Positions 45,401 through 58,813 of a stretch of 64,000 bases of DNA are shown here, piece by piece. This stretch comes from Phoronis australis (Eukaryota; Animalia; Phoronida). A model generated the notes under the pieces. It did not search any database and was not told where the DNA came from. It was given only the letters and a program-made list of their open reading frames with translations. Position 1 is the first letter of the stretch, and every line of letters starts with the position of its first letter. Both the position numbers and the translations under genes were made by a program. The DNA is taken from NCBI GenBank assembly GCA_002633005.1, contig NMRA01000758.1, positions 100,032 through 164,031 of the forward strand, in the 5' to 3' direction.

Positions 45401-48400
45401 CACTCAAATGGCGATGCACCGTTCAAAGTGACATCGGCGAGAAAAGTGATTTTCTGGAAACAGCCCATGAAGGTGATTGAAAAGGCAAGAAAGAGACATG
45501 AGTGTTCCTACACATGAGTGTGTTTACACCTCACTTCCCAACGTTTACAGCACTTGGGCTTGTCATTTATGAAGCCGTTGTCAATCTACAACACTCATGA
45601 GAGAGTACGTTAGTAGGCGGAGACACCCAGGAAGAGTAATCACTTCATTTCGGATGACAGAGAGTTTGGTCGTGCTTGCCTGAAAGCAGCTACAGTGATG
45701 ACAGCAGCTAAATGGATTTCGTAAAATTGACATTTATCCTACTAACGTCTTTGAAAACCGGGCCTGAGTACGCAGCTTCTGAAGTAACTGACACTTCACT
45801 TCAGGTAGAAGTAACGCAACAGACTCAGTCAGAACCGTCACACCGAATGTTGTACAACCAGTACAACAACCCAAAGCTGTTTGCAAAACAGCCTGTAGCC
45901 AGTACTTCCGATGTGTTACAAACTGGCATATCTTTCCATTCGCGAAATCCCCCCTGGCCACTGTCCAAAGATGAGCGGTAGATCAAGACCACTGCTTGTC
46001 TTAAGTGGGCGCACGACGCTGGTGCGGACGATGAATCTGACAAGTATGAGACTGTTTGCTAGTTCTGTGCTTAGTTGTACATCCTGCTATAGTGTGAGGC
46101 TTTTAAGAGCATTATGAAATACGTTATTCACCTTTTCATATTATTTTTGTTCATTAAAAACTAAGCATGGACAGAAGGCCAGAAACGAAGGCCACAAATC
46201 ACGATGGAGGTCCTCGAGAGAACTCAAAATTATACGTTACATTATGATACTAATTCTCTAAACGATTTTCAAATGCCATGTATTTTACAATGGAAGCTGT
46301 TTTAAAGTAATTCTTTGCTCATCTGAAATGGCATTTTTATGTCATATAAGCGTTGCGTGCACCGACTTGACAGTTTTAAACCAGTCCTGAGAGCTGTAAT
46401 GAAGGATGACGGTTCCAAAATTACTTCGTGACTGCTAAGTAGTTGAACTGTCATTCGACTGAAGTGTTGCATGCGCGTGGATCATCGTTCATTAAAGTTG
46501 AAGTCAAGTCTGTGGTTCCCGAGCGGTCGTTGCCGCATGACGCAACGTTGACTCCGAAATACTATTCATAAAACATTATTTTGAGTGTAATACAATTTTT
46601 GTTGGTGAAATGCTGTTCTAAAACAAAATCTTGGTCGCCATTTGGCAATATGTTGGATTGTGATGCCAAATTCGTATTTTTTTCGCAGCCAATAGAGTTA
46701 AAACAAAACTTTTCGAGCACTAGCACGACAATCGCCTGCTCCCTCCACCCGAAACTGGTTAGAGTTGAATCAAAATAAAAAATAATCTTGCATCATTTGC
46801 TCTTTTCAAATGGATTATCTTTTCTGAGAAAGTGAGGAACTAAAACAATACCGCACTATCGATTGATCTTTTCGAGAAAAAATACAGTCCAGAACCAATT
46901 ATGTTTTTTGTCTAGTAATGAAGTTTGTAAAATTTCTGTGAGCGTAATACCTCAAAATCCACTCCAAACAAAAATCAAAAGATGAAAAAAAATTTTAAAG
47001 TCTCCAAAAAATGTCTGCGTGTTCCAATCATATTATATCAATTAATAACAATGTCCATGACAACACTAAAGAGGCCTGGAATGCTATAAAAAAACTGCAA
47101 TATTGAAAGTCGTTCTCTGCCACTGAAATTGAATTAAACTTGCTCACTAGGTATTTTTAGGGTTTGTTCGTAAATACTTTTAATTTCTGTTGATATCAAA
47201 ACATTTTCTTTTAGTTTCAAATTTCAAAAAGAAAAACTGCTGGCCACTTCACAGATTTTTCTCCCACAAGGCAAAGCAAGTCTCCCTATTTGGTATGGCA
47301 AGACATAGACCTATCACATTTCCCTTAGATGGAAAATGTGACCTTTAACCTCTAGCGACTTCAAACAACTGACTTTGAACGCATGCGCGCATTTATATGA
47401 GTGGAAGGGAGATTAGAAACTCTGTGGTAACCACACGATTTTTACTTCGCATATTTCAAAAATTGTGAATTTTGCGATTTTTTTCGGAAATTTTCCCATA
47501 GAGAAAGTGAATTACTGTGTACTAGACGTTGCAAGAAGTTAATTCTGTCAGGAATTGTTTAAAAGATATTTTTGAAGAGCTTTCGCGTTCTATGCCTCTT
47601 TAAAGTGCGAGAAATGTGGATTAGATGAAAGGTCATTCGTCTTTTTCCGTTCTTTGTAGTTCTTTTGATTATTTCAGTGAGACAAAAAAAACCTTTGTCA
47701 TTAACGAATATGTCGTTTTAAGCCATTTGGTGCTACCATTCGTCACCAGCGAATGTTGTGAAAATATAATTAGTATCCCTGATAGCGTAGAATTGAATAT
47801 AGAGTCTGGTTTAGTTGCGTTACTCATTGACATTTACTCTGTTAACAAGTCACATTCTGCCTTTTACGTAGGTGTTCTAATTCACCGTAAAACGTGTAAC
47901 TTGAATCTGCAATTTTTGTTGGCGCTGTCTTGTGCTCGAGTAGCTCAATTTTGTTTGGTAAACGTATTTCCCTCAATACAAAATAGTGGTAGCGGATGAG
48001 GTCAGAGGGCGCTGTGTGTTAAAACGATGACATTTGCGGTGATACGGTCATTGCCGGCCTCACGTTCAGAACGTCTTCAATCTACCATGAATCTTATGAA
48101 TAGTTTCCGAAGAAAAGTCTGTGCTCAGGCATTTTGCTGGATTTATTGCCGACGAGGAGGCAACGAATTACAGGTGGCACGTTAGTCAAAACTATATCTA
48201 CCGTTTCAGTGCTGGAATTTTACAAAAGTCTCTCGCAGTTGCCAAGCACCTTTCGCGATGAACGGATGTTCATTTAATAACTAGCGACCTACTATATTTG
48301 TAAGCGAACAGAATGATCACAAAAGATGGATACGTTGAGTCGGTAATTAGGCGTATGACATGATGGAACAAGACAATAAGAGAGCAAGGGTAGTAGTGGC

Positions 48401-51400
48401 GACCGATACCTGCCGACGAAACAGTTTCTTTGTGTTCACGTCCGCGATTCCTACGGTAAGAAGAGAGGGGGGATTATCAATAAACAATTCAATGATCAAT
48501 CACAACCGTAAAGCATTTTTCTCGTTCTTCTCATACCAAGACAATGTCCTCTTTTTCAAAATGTTTCGTACTTGATTCAAGCCTTATCCAAACACTTTTT
48601 GGCAGAGTTCTAAAATACCCTGTCCGTGCGTTTACGCGGAACTGTTTGCTAGTTTGGCTGCTATCTCAGGTCGAGGGAACGAAACTTGACCGCGCACTGC
48701 CCCTGAATCTGAACTCTATCCATACTCAGGCACTCTTGGCGACTGGCAATTTTTGTGTAAGTGACGAAAAACGCAATGTATAAAAACTGGTAGTGATATT
48801 GTTTGTGGTAATAATGTCTGAGAGTGGGCGGTCTCGTGGAAGGGGCTTTCGTGCATGGTAGGTGTTTTTTTGTGATAGTGAATAGGGTCCACACCCGTGG
48901 TAAGATTTGTCTTCCTCCCGCTGGCCACAGCTTGTGACTATACGCTTACATTGTTAGGTAACATGCCACAAGTCCATCCAAAACAGCTGTACGCCTTGCA
49001 CCTGTTCTGATGTGAAAACACAATGATCCGAAGCTCATTCCTCTATCAGGCTCATCTCGAAAAACGTGTGTCCTACTCGAGTCATAATTTGATGAACTAT
49101 TTTCATTTCAAAAATTATTTTTGTGATGTACTGTTCGACAGTTTCCTGCTAAAAATTGTATCTTGTTGTTTGCTTTTGGCTGAAAGCAATATATTCTGTA
49201 AACCATAGATTTGATACAAATTTAGCAATATTTCCGTAACGCATTTTTGCTTTCGTAACGGTTTGACTGACACGCATACGTGGAATTTGTCTAGCACGTG
49301 TGTGCGTCTTTTCAACTAACCCAGTTCTAAAACAACGTCATAAACAGTTTTAGAAAAGCATATGAACTTGGTTGTGTAAATGTGTTTTAGACGTTTGACT
49401 TGGTCCATCCTGTCAGAGTAAAACATAAAACTGACATTAATACACAGTTGGTAATCTCGTTAGACGTAATGCTAGATGCCAACAACCAGCTCGGCTATGA
49501 AGTTAAATTGCTCATATCCTGATAATGCTAATCTGTCAGTGAGAGTGAGATCAAAAAAGTTTACCTTGACGGCTTTCTTTTGTAGCAGTGATAGATTAGT
49601 TGACAGTTTGTTATTCGTGTAACCATGACAACTTTGCCTTTGTTTCATTCGAAATTCTTTTGATATCGATAGCCCGCACATGAACTACAGGTAGATGGCG
49701 AGTTTCTGTTGTGCATTTTGAACTAATTTGTTCTCGTTGCTACAAGAACATTGTTATTCCGCGTTTTACTTTGCTCGATTAATGCTTGTCAATGAATTAT
49801 AAGCAACATAATCGGACATTATGGAATGATTCGAAGAGATTGTGGAGTTATAAAGCAATGTTTCGTAGTTAATAAATCGCACTAAATAGTAATTTCGCCA
49901 CTACAAGTTCGCCCACGGTCATGAATGAATAGGGTGGTAAAAGGTTGAAATCATCTATGGGTTACTTCATATTTATATTGTGTTATTGAGACGGCATTTT
50001 CGTTTATTTGTTTATTTATTGTGATATTTAATATGAGGGTGGCCTCTTCAGTGATAGCACTGCTTTCCAAGAGGGCCCTCTACAACAAAAAAAGAACAGT
50101 AATATAATACAATTAAGTAATAAAACAACAATTAAATATGCGTAAAACGATATAATTAAAACAGGTTGAGAATTAAAACAATAAATAAATGACGAAAAAT
50201 GGTGAAAATATACTAAGAGAGATGAAATAAATAAAGAGATGACAGTGAGAGTATTTACGATAATGGAAAGAATGACATGTAGGGACAGGTAGGGTAAAAA
50301 AGGTTAGGTAAATTACAGCCACTTTTTAATATTACATTTGAAAATATCAATTGAGTCGGACCGTTTAATTTCTGGGCTAAGAGAATTCCATATAGTAGCA
50401 GCAGCATAGACAAAAGATCTCTTGCCGGTCTCGGTTTTAATTTTTTTTTTAAAGAAACATTTCCAGCAACAGAAGAGCGTGTAGAATATACAGCTTGACT
50501 GCAATTGAATTTTCGGCTGAGGTACGCTGGAGCCAAGCCATTGATACATCTGTACATACAACAGGCAGAGAGATATTTATTTCTTTGTTTCACTTTCATA
50601 AATCCCAGCTTGGAATACAAGTCATCGACCTTGGTGTCCCAAATTCTAGTACCCAGGATAGCCCTGGCGGCTCTATTTTGGATTACTTGGACTTTGCTGA
50701 CAAGTGTGTCACTGGTATGCCCCCAAACCGGTAAACAATCAATATGAGGCTGAATAATAGAATGGTAACCATTGATAGAAAGGGACAGTTTTTGTTGTTT
50801 TAATTTCTGCTGAGTTCCCAAAAGCATCGACTTGGTTTTACTAACGTTAAGAATGAGTTTATTTTGAATCAGCCAGTCATGGATAAGGGCTAGCTCATCG
50901 TTGAGAGAAGTTTCGGGTTCTTTTACTGATCCAGCTGTGGACATAATTGCAGTGTCATCAGTACATAAAACTGGGACACTGTTGTGGAGGACAGTAGGGA
51001 GTTCGTTAACAAAAATAGTGAACAATAGAGGCCCAGAATGGAACCCTGAGGTACACCCGTGATTACGGTAGAGTAATCAGAAACGATTCCACCGTATTTG
51101 GTGGCCTGTTTACGGTCGTATAAGTAGTTTTTAAACCAAAGGAGTTCGTTATCTGTACTAGGATACCATGGTCCACAGTGTCAAAGGCTTTCTTAATGTC
51201 AACAAAGACAACACCAGTAAGCCTCCCCTGATCCATATTGTTAAAGATAAACTCACTAGCATGAATATTTGTAGCGTTATTTTGATCAATACTTAAAGAA
51301 ATAGGACATCGCCTTCATCGTAGTGTTTTCGCGATGAAGTTCTCTATCAATATTCTTGGACGTGGTCTTCCAGTGTCCTTATAAACCAGCGTTTTTGAAA

Positions 51401-54400
51401 ATTCTCAGATATTTTCGATAGGCCTGACCAATTAGCAGGCCAAAAACTAGAGGCAAAATGCATGGGGACATTGGTTCGAACACATCCTTGCGTTTGCTTT
51501 AAGAGGTTCGGCACAGTTTTATTGAACCTTGGATTGCTTTCAAATTTTGATGTTTTGTAAATTGGTCTTTACGTTCTGTTCATTTGTAAAACAAAGTGAA
51601 GATCATTGCATTAGTTCTTCCGTTGCACTATCAGAGGCACTACCGGAAAATATGCTGAATTTACATGGGTTACTGAACAGTCACTTTTAATTAAATTGAA
51701 AATTTTGTCGCACGTTGTCAGTTTTGTGTTTTATACGCTTTAACTGTTTTCCCGGTTTATTATTTGTCTGATGCCCGTTGGATTTTGAGTACTTCGAATT
51801 TTAGCGTTCTGGCTTTTACTCAAAAAGGTTAGACACCGTTGATTTTTTTCTTTATTGATATTTCATATTGAGCCCATTGTGTTTGTTAAGATACTAAAAA
51901 ATGTCACCGACGTTGTTTTTTAGTTTCTCGAAGCAGCGTCACATGTGAATAATGCCATTTGACTCTCGCAACATCACGATTGCCTCCCCTGCATTTCATT
52001 ATATGGGGACTATGTCATGTTGATGCATTGTGAAATAGGTTTCAGTCAATATGAATAAACTAAGGCGAGAATTTTCTTCATTGATTATTTCAAATTTACC
52101 GTTTTAAGTCAACTGTGATGTTTACATTTATGTTTATGTCTATTCTTATGTTTAGACTGTGTTGCGGGCTATAATTAAATAAAATCAACGTAAAATCATC
52201 ATTTTTCAAATTAAATATTTTCATTGTTGGTCAAGCTGTACGGAACCTTCTTTGGCCGGCGTGCAGGCATAGGCGTATTTTAATTTTCCTGCACTGTGTT
52301 CGAGATATGTGGAAATAGACTTGCTGGAATTTCATCAACCTAGGTCAAAATGCACCGAAACTTCGTTTTTTAAAACGAGAGTTAAAAACTTCTTGACAAA
52401 AACACCACGAGTATGATGATAAATAACATACGAGAAATTATTTGCGAAAGAGTACAGAGAATTAATTGAGGTTTAAAGATGTACTCCAACATAAAAATAA
52501 TTTAATACCTTACAGCATAATGCGACATGTAATAATAAGAATGTCTCTACAGCATAATGCGACTTGTAATAATAACAATGTCTCTACAGCATAATGCGAC
52601 ATGCAGTAATAACAATGTCTCTACAGCATAATGCGACTTGTAATAATAACAATGTCTCTACAGCATAATGCGACTTGTAATAATAACAATGTCTCTACAG
52701 CATAATGCGACATGTAATAATAACAACGACACTACAAATGATGACAATTGTGATATTAAGTTCATCACACCAATATTTGATCCCAAGTGTATGGAAGTCA
52801 TCATTATGTGTTCAATATTTTTACACTGTACAGTTTAGTTGATAAAAAAATTTACAAGTTTTACACTTCCCGATACATTGGGAACCTAAAGAAACTTCGT
52901 CTCTAGCACTTTTGTTCTGAATTCTGACATGAAATGGCGGCAAAAACGATCGTTTTACCTGCCCTTCGCAAAGTTTCACCAAGACGCAAGCTGTGCGTCG
53001 TGCATGCTCTTGTCAGAGAAGTGAACTTTTTGTGTAACTATACTATTGATGATTGATATGTCCATTCCGAGTATCTCCTGGAAGTTTTTTTTAAATCTCT
53101 TCACAACGTTTTGGGTAACAAACTGGTAGCTGATTGATCGAATGAGTGATTGACATACAAACGAAAGCCCAAACATAGCCCTCCTTCCGTGAATTACTTA
53201 ACGAATATAATTATAACATAAAACAATTGTTGACTTTCAGACCCCAAAATGTGATAATGACCTCGGCTCCGCCTCGAGCATTGTCGCATTCTTGAGGTCT
53301 GAAAACCAATATATTGCCCTCGCTTTGTAATATTCAGATCAAAATGGAGTCCTATCCAATGTCCCGGGTGCCATAGTCACAGCTCAAACATAAGACTATG
53401 AACAGGGTATTACTCACCAGACTCTTGACACTCAAGAGGGGTAGCATTTTTTATGTCATGCCACAAAATGTTATTAACTCAAAGTTGTAATGTGACGATG
53501 AATAATAATTGCATTGATTACTGACATTTTAAAATTACAATAATATTTTATTAACAACTCGTACACTTCAAATTAAAATAGGAGCATATCACCTCACATA
53601 TAAAACCCTATACCTCATCGTTCCAAATGAGAATTTGAAAATTAATACGAACAGTCTGTGATTGTATAATGTAATGATGAACGAATTACTACACTGATAG
53701 ATGTAACTACCAGAACTTTTGTTGATAACTTTATCTACACAAAAGTACAGAATAATGTGTTAACCACGAAAAATTTTCACTGAGTACATGAATTAGACAG
53801 TTCTCTGTTTGGTGCATTTGGACTAAACTCTATATGGGATTTACAAGGACATGCCGTCGAACGACGGTTTCTTCGACTATCATTAGTTGAGCGACGAGTA
53901 TTAGCAAATAATTAGGCTTGGTGGTCTGGTTTATGCATACTCTACACAGAGGAGTTCAATGTGAGGTGCATTATAAAGATCACGGAATCAGATCCTGACG
54001 TCAGGGACAAATTCAAATCCTTGCATAAATCTGCGCGTTGTTTTTGCGCGTCCTAGTCGTCCTTTCAGCTAATTCATATGAACAAACATTGCCAAACATT
54101 ACTTTCAATTGTTGGGAACGTCACTATTATTTTTGCAACAAAATAACAAGAAAACAAATAAGCACGGAAGGTAGATAAAACAAAACATGGTTCAAGATGT
54201 CTTCACTTGCCAAGCATGTCATTATCATTTTTATAGCAAAATTACGAAATATAAGTACAAGCAAGCACAACCCAATTCGGGTCAGGATTTTAAAGAGATA
54301 CATTGTGCTATCAGTTTAACGACCGAAAAAACGCATTTTGGCATTATTGTAGAATGTGATAGATTTTCCGTTGTCCTATTGTACTCTTATTACAAATCCC

Positions 54401-57254
54401 ACCGACACTTGCTAGACGTTCGCTGAGATCAAGGCTGGTGAATTTATCAGTTAAATACGTGCTATTTATCTCGTGGGATTTAGTTTCGCCAGTAGAGCGT
54501 TTCTCTGCGACCGCGGGGTTTCAGGTTCGATTCCGCGCTAAGGCTAATTTTAGAATATCACTTTCCTCGCCAATAATCTCCCCTTAAACGTGGCTCAGTC
54601 AGAGCCTTTCAAACATGACCCAGAGAGAACTTTTCAAACAAGATTCAGTCGGTAGTTTTTAAACATGGCACCAACAAGATTTCCAAACATGGTGCAACAG
54701 AGGACCATGTTTGCATAAATGTAAGAGCACACGGCTACAGTGACAACCATGTTGTTGCCAAAAATAGCCATGCTGATTGTCAGCGTCATCTGATAATTGT
54801 AGAGTAAATCGCTGACAGATACGTATAGACATTGATGCTAACCTTAACGATGCTAAGAAACAAAGTGTACAGTCCTAAATAGCGTTCTTTCTCTCTTTCA
54901 GGCTATTGCATTTGTCCTAACCATAGTAAGCATTCTCCTCTTGGTAGTTTCTATTGCCAGCACCAACTGGCTGGAGACAGTACGACACAGAGAAGGATTA
55001 TGGGAAGCTTGCAACTGGACGACAACGGACACGGAAGTGGGCTGCGCACCAACAGAGCCTAAAGGTGTGTTGAATAGAATGTGAGGCAAGAATATTTACA
55101 GTACGATGAGCCTCGAATTAGCGAAGGCAATATTGTTGGTGCGAGAATACACCCTCAAAGTCTTGAATTTCATTCCGACATTCGGGAAAACTTTTTATAA
55201 TGTAAATAATAAAGTAAGAAACTGTGTTCTACTCTGGAAGACTTTTGCTATGATCTGTGCTATGCTTATACCTGACAGTTTGCACAGATAGATTCAAGCA
55301 CGTGGACAAAAACAGATGGTTTTAATATCATAACAGATCACCCACTGTGGCAGGCGTGTTTACAAACCAGTTAATTTGTTTCTTACCTTGTAGGATGTCC
55401 GGAAATGAAAGCAATCTAACGTGCGTCTAATATGTTGACGCGACACTACACTATAGTGTAAGACAGAACGTAGTCTCCCTGTGATAGCTTACTGATGCAG
55501 CTTCTTAAAATGTATGACGTTACACGTACGCTGCTACAACAAATAAAAGGAAAACAAGTCAACTGCCACCAAATACAAATTACCATGTATTGCTTGTCTT
55601 CATATACGCCCACTGTAATTCCATTGTTTCAGATTGGGTCCAAGGTTGCGCAGCCCTCACCATCATATGTCTTGTTGTGGCGCTGTTGGCCGCCGTCCTC
55701 ACAGCTGTTGGACTGTCCAGTAGCAACCCTAATCGGAAATTCAAGTTTTACAGAGTGGCCATGTACATGATGTTTTTTGCAGGTGGGTGATGATGATGAT
55801 TCTGACTATGATGATGATGGTGGTGATGATGATGATGGTGATAGTGATGATGATCATGATGATTATGACTATGATGATGATGGTGGTGATGATGATGGTG
55901 ATGATGATGACGATGGTGATGATGATGATGATGGTGATGGTGATGATAATGATGGTGATGATGATGATGATGATAGTGATGATGATGATAGTGATGATGA
56001 TGATGGTGATGATGGTGGTGGTGATGATGGTGGTGGTGGTGATGATGATGATGATGATGATGATTATGACTATGATGATGTTGGTAATGATGGTGATAGT
56101 GATGATCATGGTGGCAGTGATGACGAAACTGCCAGTGGTTCAGATCCCCGACACTCAGCTATGTCATTCCATTCTATTTAAAGTTAGTGAATGTGCAAAC
56201 GGAATTTCCACTGCGATAATTCACCGCCACTTTCCGACGTGGTGTGAGTTGTCGCGCGCTAAACTCTTCAACTTTTGTTAGTAGTTTTGTATTTTCTATT
56301 GATAATTTAATAATTGCCACTTTTCTCTGTTTCGTTTGATTTTCATTTTTGCAGTTGCTTTAGATATATTCACTAGCCATAAGGAACTTCGGCACGTCAG
56401 AGTTTAGATAACCAACTGTATAATATACAGCATCACTTCACGCGGCTCAGCAGTTCTATGCCTTGGTGGGTTGAGCTATCTCAACTTGGAGATTTAGGTG
56501 TGTTTGGCGAGGGTAACCCACGGCTAAATTTGTCGGGCAGTTTTCATTCATGATACATTGGTCTACGTTGAATAATTTGTAACTATTTTCTTGCGGTTAC
56601 CTCTTGGGTTGATATAGCTCAATTTTTGGCCTCAGTTTAACCGTCTGGCTGATGTTCCCCACCACTACTAAAATTGTATAGCAGTGGATAATTTTGATAC
56701 AGTGAATTTAGTAGTATGTGGGTGTCGCAAGTATTTTAAGTGGTTACCACAAAAGTTGATCTAGCACAATATTTGAGTTCCATCTCATGCCCCCCCTGAC
56801 CACACCCACCACAGCGGACCTGCCACATGGACATTTCCTAGCATTGGGATACCCGTGGATCACTGTGGTACCAAAGAAAATTGGTTACCTTTTCATGCCC
56901 AAAAAATCTCTGGGATCCCGGTCTATATGTCTGAGTTGTAACGTCTGTTTGATATTTTGTCCCAAGGACGGCTCTGATCGGCGTTACCAACAGCGCTGAA
57001 ATTACTTTTAATCCGTTTTCATTTCAGTGCTCTGTATGGTGATCGCCTTGATAGTCTTCCCCATAATGTTCTGGCAAAAGATACGAGAGAAAGGTTACAC
57101 GGAATGGGAATTCTCCTGGGCCTACGGTGTAGGATGGGGTGCCACAATCTTTTTATTTGGTGCCGCGATATTACTTCTGTTTGATAAGGACAGTGAAGAA
57201 ATCTTCTATCGTGAAAAAACAATATATCACGAGGACGAAGCTGAGGGCGCGTGA
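42349..57254 (+). CDS. TMEM47: Transmembrane protein 47 / VAB-9-like (PMP22/EMP/claudin superfamily), 4 exons, 197 aa
   Basis: Exons 42349-42402, 54902-55064, 55633-55782, 57028-57254 total 594 nt in frame; W..GLWEAC...C claudin signature; four TM segments; DW, FYRVA, FPIMF and EFSWAYGVGWGATIFLFGAAIL resemble TMEM47. Confidence 0.88.
44558..44653. repeat. Dispersed hairpin repeat, copy 1
   Basis: cagtatgttggtcttcagacccc...cattatcacatttttgaggtcagaaaactaacatactg is self-complementary; homologous to 53224-53320. Confidence 0.6.
50000..51262 (-). mobile_element. CR1/L2-group LINE 3' fragment (reverse transcriptase, 3' stem-loop, AAAT tail), decayed
   Basis: TGVVFVDIKKAFDTVDH, ITGVPQGSILGPLLFTIFVNELP, degenerate YADD (CTDDT), LILNVSKTK, QNRAAR, NGLAPAYL; 3' hairpin gagggccctctt...aagaggccaccctc then (AAAT)n. 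Confidence 0.88.
52512..52727. repeat. 37-bp tandem repeat x6
   Basis: tacagcataatgcgacttgtaataataacaatgtctc. Confidence 0.95.
53224..53320. repeat. Dispersed hairpin repeat, copy 2 (opposite orientation)
   Basis: ttcagaccccaaaatgtgataatgacctcggctccgcctcgagcattgtcgcattcttgaggtctgaa. Confidence 0.6.
54472..54545 (+). mobile_element. tRNA-derived SINE head (degenerate)
   Basis: A-box-like tagtttcgccagtagagcg and B-box GGTTCGATTCC; no intact cloverleaf. Confidence 0.45.
54902..55064 (+). CDS. TMEM47: TMEM47-like exon 2 (TM1, W-GLW-C-C loop)
   Basis: ctctctttcag acceptor; AIAFVLTIVSILLLVVSIASTNW...EGLWEAC...GC. Confidence 0.9.
55633..55782 (+). CDS. TMEM47: TMEM47-like exon 3 (TM2 to TM3 start)
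   Basis: tttcag|DWVQGCAALTIICLVV...FKFYRVAMYMMFFA g|gtgggt. Confidence 0.9.
55787..56124. repeat. (GAT)n/(GGT)n compound trinucleotide microsatellite, intronic
   Basis: ~340 bp of GAT-based triplets starting 4 nt after the TMEM47 exon 3 donor. Confidence 0.95.
57028..57254 (+). CDS. TMEM47: TMEM47-like exon 4 (TM3, TM4, acidic tail)
   Basis: atttcag acceptor; FSWAYGVGWGATIFLFGAAILL; stop TGA; AATAAA near 58131. Confidence 0.9.
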
Positions 57255-58714
57255 GGAATGAGATAACCCGTGTAGGCTGCTATTAACCTCGTCATTGTCC
57301 GATAACCATTTGTGGCGTTACTTGAGAACGATTTATGGTGTTATGTCACAATCAAATCTATCTCGTGGACATAGCACTTATTTTGTTGTGGTTTTACGAA
57401 GCGTCATATCTACGAATCGCGCAATCGTGGAACGGTTGCTGTGTCGCGTGCTTCGTTCACTGTTCAAATTTACTGTCTGACGCTGTACTGAGGAAAGGAA
57501 ATCAGATTTCTCCAGTTTTGCAACTCCCAGATCTTCCCGTAGACATTTCTGTTTGTATCGTGTAGTAAAACAACGGAGCAAATTTTGGACATACGCTATA
57601 GGTAAACGCTGATGTTTATTTGACAGTGCACATGCGTACACTCAGTTCCTCGGATGTAGTCATGACGTGTCGCCACTATTGTGACGCGATTTCAACCCAC
57701 AAAGAGGAACAGAAAAGCACAACCACATAACATTTTGAAAAAATTCGTAGGTTGTGACTTTTTTCCATTTAGGTAACCACGGGCGCATTTTAGCACTTGG
57801 AACTTTTCCAAAAGTGTTCGTTTGGATTAATCGATTAGCACCAATAACGATTTGACCCACTGTATGTTCCCGGGGAGTTGAGAAGGGTTGTTCAGGTCGA
57901 CAGCACAGAAACAATTCTAAAAGTGCTTAGTAATTCACAGTGCTACGTAGATATCGCCTAATTATGAATATTATTATTGTTTTTAATCTGGACAATTTAA
58001 TTTTATTTGTCTTTAACGTCAAAATGAGGCCATATACTTAACAATCGAAATGCCCGGAAACAATCGTGTATATACTGTGTTTTAGCTCAATGTGTTTGAT
58101 TTACTGTGATGCTGTGTGTTCGAATATGTAAATAAAGTTACTTGACTTGTTTATTGGAACGTGTGTGCATATGTCTTTCTCCTTTATGAATCCCACCGAG
58201 GTTCCCTCTCACAGAGCCCTTTACACGTAAACAAGGGATTTCGTCTATTCGGATGTTAAGTGGTCACGTATCTGCCACTAGGGTGAGACTTGGAGCCACA
58301 AATAGGAATAGAAATGCACAGTCACACCAAATGTTCAAAAATTTTGCAGGCCTTGAATTTTTCCGATTCAGGTACTTGGATTAATAGGTGTGCTCCGACA
58401 ACGATCGCACCCATTGTATGCTTCCAGGAAGTTCAGAAGGATTAAGTTTGACCATGTCCATAGGCAGAATTCAGGTAATAATTTTCGACGCTACGGGAAT
58501 GTGGTCTATTATTATTGTTTTTAATTTTGGCATTTTAATTTTATTTGACTTCAAAACATCATAATGACGTCAAACTGAACAAGCGAATCGAACTGCATGT
58601 CCTTTCTCGTGCATTATTTTTTTCCTTTCGAACACATCTTCTTTGGAAATGCAAACTTTTTTCAAGGACGAACTTTATCCCTTTAGGCTGATAATTTGCT
58701 TTACAGCTGAACTC

Positions 58715-58813
58715 CCAGCACTCACTCGTGGGTAATGTCTGCTCACTTCCAGCACTCACTCGTGGGTAATGTCTGGTCGCCATGCCAGCACTCACTCGTG
58801 GGTTATGTCTGCT
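58715..58813. repeat. ~35-bp tandem repeat x3
   Basis: ccagcactcactcgtgggtaatgtctg. Confidence 0.9.

Noticed and set aside
45250-47603. Possible second Kolobok/THAP relic ending in gcctct-TTAA at ~47600
   Set aside because: No matching left TIR found and THAP-like fragments too degenerate to support.
50255-51025. 256-aa ORF as an active reverse transcriptase or host gene
   Set aside because: Catalytic YADD degenerated to CTDD, internal deletions and frameshifts; dead LINE fragment.
52512-52727. 37-bp repeats here and at 25229 resembling CRISPR repeat length
   Set aside because: Head-to-tail with no unique spacers, no cas genes, eukaryotic intron context.
54472-54545. Functional tRNA gene
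   Set aside because: B-box present but acceptor and D stems do not pair; better treated as a SINE head.
55741-56281. Poly-Asp, poly-Met and poly-Ile ORFs (Asp-rich biomineralisation-like protein?)
   Set aside because: All are frames of an intronic GAT microsatellite; the TMEM47 frame stops at 55788-55790 and there is no signal peptide or acceptor for the Asp frame.
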